DNA of 64,000 nt from Convolutriloba macropyga (Eukaryota): NCBI RefSeq assembly GCF_964194025.1, contig NC_134471.1, positions 5,704,001-5,768,000 on the forward strand, in the 5' to 3' direction. A program made the position numbers and the translations under genes. Position 1 is the first letter of the stretch; every line of letters begins with the position of its first letter. Below, piece by piece: positions 57,419 through 64,000 of this stretch. Under the pieces are notes generated by a model, which saw only the letters and a program-made list of their open reading frames with translations, was not told the origin of the DNA and ran no database searches.

Positions 57419-60012
57419 AAAACATAGCTGGCAGATTGCCAGAAAATAGCCGCAATAGATTCGTAGATCGGCAGTCTAAAAAAACAGGAAAAAAGACAGA
57501 TAAAAAAAAATTGTCTTTTGATTGAAAGCTTATCTGTTATATTTTGATTAAAAATCTGTATAAGTTATTGCTGCCTCTATTAGCTGATCTCAAATAACCT
57601 TCATTTAGAGTGACACACACCCATTTGACCTTATCTCTTTGAATTAAAGTAAATAAAAGTCAATTTCAAAGTGAGGAAGTCATTTTTGAGAGTGAGGTAA
57701 GTCAAGTGTGACCAAAAATTTAATCACGCGAATGAACAAAAAACTCGCTCCACTAAGAGCGAAAAATGACGTCACGCATGCAATTCAGTTGAAATTGCAT
57801 GAACGAATGAACAAAAAGTGGCTGTGACGTCATATGGTCGTAACAAAAATCATGACGACGAAATAAAAAAACATAGCAGGACAAGTCCTGAAATACAATC
57901 CAAGGAATTGAATGAAAAACAGTCCTAATGTACTTGACCAGCAGATCAATTGAACAATCCCAGCCAAAAAGACGAAATCTCGATAGTTGAGAAACTACAA
58001 GAATCAAACTAAACAAAAAAAACAATTATTCCTAAAACTCTTGAAGCTTTTAACCTGAAGGCCATTTATGACACAATGCAATATAGTCATTAACTCCCGC
58101 AAAAGACTTGAAAGAGATTAATTTGACACTAAAGGTAGATAATCTCGAAAAAATGACAAGTGCTGCAAAAAGAAATGTGAAAAATGCTTCAAATGAAAAG
58201 GAAAAATTTAAAAATATTTTTCGAAAACGTGTCTGGAAATAATGTTCAAATTCATTTTTTCTCTATGGAGTTCTGTTTTGTAACTCATCTGCAACATTAA
58301 AAAAGATTTCGTTGGCCAATAAAGATAGTTAAACTAAGAAAATGACAAAAAAAATTCAAAAAATTTGAGAACAATCAAAAAACTCAAATTGCAAGCTTTT
58401 TAAAAAAAATTACTTATATTTGCAATCTAAAAAACCAGAAAACTATTTTGTTGCCACTAGAAACTCTGCAATAACATACTAGCAAACTCAAAAGCAGCAA
58501 ACCCCTGGCCACTGAGGAAGAAGTCTAAGATTTCAGGAAGTCAAAGAAAAAATTACAATTTGAAAATCGCTAAAATTTGTAATATTAAAATCTTGAAACA
58601 CATTCCCCATTACCACTAGGAACTATGCAGTAACCTATTATCAAAACCTAAAGGAGTTGTTTTGGCTGTTCCGATTAGAGAAACCTAAGAATCGACAACA
58701 ATTTTAAAAAAATTTGAAAAAATTGGCTCATGCCATGGCAAATAAAAATTTTTGAAGTAAACTATTAGCAAATCCTAGACAAGATTTCTTGCCCCCTGGA
58801 GCTGGAAAACTTGAATAATGACAATTAATGTCAGAAAATTGGAAAAAAGTGCAAGTTTTATCAAAAAATTGGTAAATTTCGTGAAGTTGAAAACCATTCC
58901 ATTACCACTAGAAACTATAAAATAACCTATTATTGTGACACCAAGAGCTGAAACAACAAAATTCAAAAAACTTGAAAAAATTTTAAGAATTAGAATAAAT
59001 TACCGTGTTTATGTTTGGTGTAGCAATACATATAGCTCTTAAAATGGGCATAAAAAGTAATTACGTCTTGCAAAAGACCTTTACCAACTTTTATAAACCT
59101 CAATTTCAGACTGGTCCAAAAAAAAATCCGAAAGAAAGACAAACAAATTGCAACATTTTGGGCTCAAAAACTTTTGAAAATGACCTGTTAACCTTGAATT
59201 ACGGCCTTCCCAGTAGCTTCACCACTCTAAGTACTTGCAGAACTACTAAACGCGGCTAAGGGCCTCTAATGAAACTTGATGCCCGCTGAGCTTTACCTGT
59301 TTATCCCGTTTTGAAAGCTCAAAGTCATGAAAAAAGGTGTGAAAACATCTTACAAAAACAAAAACATAGCAGGACAAGTCCTGACGTACAATTCAAAGAA
59401 TTTTCATTGACTAAACAGAAAAACTAGACCTAGAATGGACTATGAGTGAATTGAGAAAACCATTCTAAAAAATCAGATCAAAAAATAAGAAAAACAAAAA
59501 ATCAATGTCAAAATGCCGCATGTGAACAAAAAAACAACTAGCGAGAAATGAAAATTTAATTCAAACAAAAAACTAGGCCTAGAATGAGCTGTGAATGGAT
59601 TGGGAAAACCATTTAGAAAAAAATCCGATCCAAAAAATCGAAAAAACAGTAAAAATCAGAGTGAAATTGCCGCATGTGAACAAAAAACCACTATCGAGAA
59701 ACCGAATTTTTGTTCAAACACCATTTTCGCACTCTACTTTAAAATTAGAGCGAAAAAAATTCACGCCGCAAAACCACTCGCTTTTTCGCTCCATTTCCTG
59801 TTTCGGCGTGACCAAAATCACTACTCCAATTTGACTTCAAAAATCATGAAAATGTGTGAACAGATCTTAAAAAAAAAAGACAGCGCCCCAATACAATTCA
59901 AATTCTTTGAATTGTAAAAAAAGACAGAGCACCAATACAATCCAATTCTTGGATTGTAAAAAACCAAGAGAAGGCCAATAATAGCCCCAGCTATCGCTGT
60001 GCGGCTATTAAA
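57419..60012 (-). mobile_element. Helentron-type family C, complete copy in an eIF2-gamma intron
   Basis: 5' hairpin at ~59977-60010 and 3' subTIR/stem-loop at 57421-57456. Inserted in a T run within an L2-type LINE fragment. Confidence 0.82.
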
Positions 60013-60160
60013 AATATTGAGACCTTGTAACCATCGTGTTTCGTTTCATTAGTTCCGATAAATATAGTGGGAGTTTGCCAGGATGGTGTACAAAGCGATG
60101 CGCATACAATAAAATTTCGAACACAATGCGTTGCCTTATTTGCGACCAGTGTAGCTGGTA
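60011..60160 (-). mobile_element. L2/CR1-type LINE 3' end, proximal half
   Basis: QLHWSQIRQRIVFEILLYAHRFVHHPGKLPLYLSELMKRNTMVTRSQY (cf. LHWLPxxxRIxFKIL...PxYLS...RS). Confidence 0.8.
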
Positions 60161-60260
60161 ATTGAAACTGAATTTACTGACCTAAAAAACTTAATATGGA
60201 ATTTTTAAGTATGAGAAGACCAACGGTTCCCAAATGTCGAGTCAGTCATACTACACAAAC

Positions 60261-60588
60261 CTGTAACAATCGGGCGAAGGACACTTTCCGTCACATTTGT
60301 AAATCTTGGCATTTGCATATCCCAATTTGATTGTAATATTCCGGACCAGTTCATTTTTGAATCTGACAGTTTGAACACCTGATATTGACTTCACAAGGGT
60401 CGACTTCCCATGAGCCACGTGTCCAATTGTACCAATGTTGATGGTCGCCTGGCGACTAATGACCTCTGGGGTCAAAGGTGTCAGGGCATCAATGTCAAGC
60501 TTGCTCAGGTCTTGAACTGCTAAACCGGAGTCGACTGGACCCGCACTGGATTCACTGGCTTCTGATGGAAGAATGTTTTCCATAATTT
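60261..60588 (-). CDS. EIF2S3: Eukaryotic translation initiation factor 2 subunit gamma, exon 2
   Basis: [26 protein letters not shown] (P-loop) and [26 protein letters not shown]. Donor AG|GTTTGT, phase 2. Confidence 0.97.
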
Positions 60589-60925
60589 CTGGAAAGATGT
60601 TAGAGAACAATTAGATCAATTTTATCAGTCTTTTTAAAGTTTCTTAGCACTGCTACTGGCATCACTTGACTAGGACCATCGGACCTATTGATGACCTATC
60701 AAGTAAGTGGCGGTTCTGTGGGGCCTGGTTTGTACAGCAATGCTAACTTACTTGGAAACAAATTTACTAATAATATATTAGTGACAAAATCAGTGAGTAG
60801 TTGATTCTTCGCATGATCTAACGTTAAAATACGCAGTTCTCTAAAGGTCTGTAAGTCAACAGCAACAGCAGAAATTAACAGGAAAACTGGACCCTAATAG
60901 AAAAAATCAAAGAGAAAACTTGTAC

Positions 60926-60941
60926 CACCAGAATCCGACAT
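60926..60941 (-). CDS. EIF2S3: eIF2-gamma probable micro exon 1 (MSDSG)
   Basis: caaaATG TCG GAT TCT GGT G|GTACAA gives phase 1, matching the ttccag|AA acceptor at 60588. An in-frame ATG at 60583 is the alternative start. Confidence 0.55.
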
Positions 60942-63212
60942 TTTGATCTTAGTGTCTAGAGAACCCACAATATAATAATTCCTTGAAACTGAGTTCGAGA
61001 GCAATGCAAAAATTCCAGAAACATAGTAAAACTTAAACGCTTTAAAACAAAAACCAAAACTTAGAACTAAGCAATACGGCCACGGTTTAGTGAGTCTAGC
61101 TTTAGCTTAATTGAAGTAGACTTAAGGTGAGCGCACCACCCTTCACACCATATCCCATTTTGTTTATCCCATTTTGCTACCTGTTTATCCCATTTTTGAG
61201 GGCAAAAAGTCAAAACGAAGAAATATTGAGGCGAAATTCAAAAATCAATCAAAATTTTTCAAAACAAATCATTTCAAACGTCTTAAAAATCATTAGCCTT
61301 ATACAAATTAATTCTTGATAAATTTACTTAAGTCATTGCAAAAGGACCTATCGTTGGTCAGGCTAAGCAAAAGAAACGGACTAAACATTCAGAAAAATGG
61401 CAAACAATTTGCAAAAACACAAACTATTGAAGCCATTAAAATCATTAGCTATTATCTGAAAGCTGTTTGTTTATTTCAATTGTTATTTATACTAATTCAG
61501 CTAAAATTATACTGAAAAACTAAATACCGCAAATTGTCCAACACACAAAACATCAGTTACGACATGTAAAAACAGGCACGTTAAACTTTGAATTACAAGG
61601 AGTTAGATGGGACCTCTCAATGATGAGAATAAGTTACAAGTTGACAAAAAGACAACAAACTGTAGAGTGGATTTTTTTGAGAACGAATATCACAAAATTA
61701 TAGACAAATCGCTATCGAATTTCTGCAATGAGTTAGATAATTCAATCAGTCGTCAACTAAAAGCTTATGAGATCTCTCAGAATTTTAAGACAAAGAATTT
61801 AAAAAAAAAACAGGCTAAAACAAATTCAAAAAAACTGGAAAATGTCAAAGTCATTAACAATAAAATTTTTAGAAGAAAAGTTTTCTAAAATCAATTACTG
61901 TTTTAACAGCAATGGGATTCTTCCCTTTTTAAACAATATGACTTAAACAAATCAACAAAATATGTACAAAATATTAAAACAACGAAACTTTTCAGCAAAA
62001 ACGAAGTATCGAAGCCATTAAATTCAATAGGTTTCAACGGTTGTCAATATAAACGCTAAAATATGCGTTCATAGGTCATCAATAACACATCACAATAAGT
62101 CTTATGACAAAATCAACGAAGGCAAAAACCAAAAATTCAGTAGAAAAATGCGAGAACGTGTAGAAGCCATTTGAACCATAAGCTTTTCTCGGAAAACTTT
62201 ATCTATGATCCATTGAACGTCTTCTCTGAGCCAATGGGAATTATCAACAATAGGATACTGTGATTAGATTTCAAAAGGAACCAAAAATTAAAAATAGGAA
62301 CCAAAATAGGAAATAAAGTCCAAAAATATATGAAAACTCGTGGCATCGAAGTCAGAAAACCAATAGCTGGAAGATCAAACCGCTAACCAGAAAAATTTTG
62401 GTTTCATCAGAAAAGCAGGGGGTCCTGTGAATACTGAGAGTGACTCACAGTTACATAAATAAGTTTAAAATAAGTTAATTTTACAAAAATCGGAAAATTA
62501 TTTTTCAAGTCTTAACAGCCATTAGCTGTACACTCAAAGCACTAGTTGGTTCACTTAATGCTCATTAGGACGCCTTTTGTACTTTTTTCATGAATGACTC
62601 TATGCTGGAGGACTACACATCTTTAGTAAAATCTCAAAGAAAATCAATTTCATTTAAAATTACTAAAACTCAGTCGAAGCGAAAAAAACAAGGGCTATTC
62701 CATGAAAACGAATTTTTTGTTCATTGGGCATCATTTAACTGGAATGAGGTTTGTCATTAACGGAAACTCGACATGAAAAATGACCAGTCTCTAAGTGACT
62801 TAAAAAAACAAAACAAACAAGTTTTCTAAAAAACAAAGAGCTCTAAAATAGAATTCGATTTTTCTGATAGTAAACTTCCCTATGAGACTAGAACTAGCCT
62901 TTTTTAATCGCCTTTCGTCTATTAGGAACAAAAAAATTGATTCATTTTGTAGCGTGAAATAAAAGTTTGAATTAATAATTTTAAAGAAAAATTCTTGAAC
63001 AAAAATTACGCTAAAAGTGAACACAATCATGCCCAATATATCATGTTCACACTAAACCTCGATAACTCTTCGAAAAAAACGAGATTAAAAAAATCTTTTC
63101 AATTTCGAATTCTGCTCTGGACCAGATTTTTATTGATACCACTCACATTTATCTACGATGAATATATCGATCTGCCAAAATTGACCGAACAAAAAACCCA
63201 TTTGAGTATATA

Positions 63213-63254
63213 GCTGCTGCTGCTGCTGTTGCTGCTGCTCCTCCTCCTCCTCCA
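63213..63254. repeat. Compound (GCT)n(CCT)n microsatellite
   Basis: gctgctgctgctgctgttgctgctgctcctcctcctcctcc. Confidence 0.9.
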
Positions 63255-64000
63255 TTGTCACAAAATAGTAATTCCTTAAATCGCACTTCGGAATGCCGCA
63301 ACTTAAAAAGCTCAGAGCTTTTCCAGGGTGATATTCGCATGGTTCTGATGATAAATATCAATCGCTCAAAATTTAATGAACAAAAAAACAAACTCGTGCA
63401 TGTACAAACTCCCATCAACTAGAAAAACTGAAGCGATACATAACGTTTTAATTCAAACTAAAGCGAATAATCAAAACATTGAAAGTATGTCGTACATAAT
63501 TTGTTCACATTACACACAGTGAATACTTAATTTAAGCCTCTCGGGTTCCTTCGTGTACGCATTTGAATGGATACTAGTTTTACTGTATTTTCTTCGAACA
63601 TCAGCTGAAAAGAGTCGTGTCGCCGAACTGATAGTTTGTCGACCTGAAAATATAAAAGTTTTCAACTTAAAGAATTCAAATATTGTTAACAATAACAGCA
63701 AAATACAAAACAATTAAATAAATCGCAAGTTAGCTATTACATTACCACACAAATTTTTTTTGCAAACTTTTGAAAATTTAGAATAAACACATTCAAAGGA
63801 GCATTGCTATACAACTATGGATTTTGATGGAGGGGCAGAATAGATAGCACATTTCATTATCAAATGGCAAAATTTTATTTGAACAATTTTATGAAAAGCA
63901 AGCAACATTTTCAAACAAAATTATTTCACAAATTTATGTTCAAATATATATAATTAGCAGTCAAAAAAAATTGTCAGCCTGCTTTCCCTAAAGTATTACC

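Noticed and set aside
61607-61888. 93-aa lysine-rich ORF (also 53698-53961, 26945-27247, 47866-48171)
   Set aside because: Low-complexity AT-driven composition, no recognisable motif and no linked exon structure.
63149-63418. Poly-Gly/Ala transcription-factor-like ORF
   Set aside because: The tract is a compound microsatellite and the rest of the ORF has no domain.

Overview
AT-rich, repeat-dense eukaryotic (invertebrate animal-like) genomic DNA with GT-AG introns. There is no rRNA, CRISPR array or prokaryotic operon. Four spliced genes could be rebuilt by hand with matching intron phases: (1) a secreted S1A serine protease on + (4 exons over ~26 kb, 11294-37165); (2) an apolipoprotein D-like lipocalin on - (3 exons, 39557-41080); (3) a CSTPP1/C11orf49 homolog on - (3 exons, 50585-52003); (4) eIF2-gamma on - (55065-60941, with a probable 16-nt first coding exon). 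Most of the rest is nested mobile DNA. It includes two families of non-autonomous Helentron-type (DINE-1/HINE-like) elements, one carrying tRNA-like Pol III boxes, and two related GG-ended MITE families with 8-bp TSDs. It also includes a near full-length decayed LINE, an L2-type LINE tail split by a Helentron-type element, a gag/protease relic, foldback structures and kb-scale tandem duplications. The least expected item is a decayed ORF at ~4090-5125 (-) whose motif order resembles the class III (chuvirus glycoprotein / herpes gB-like) envelope proteins found in some invertebrate LTR retrotransposons; the ORF track shows only part of it. All homology calls are by-eye motif recognition, not database searches.
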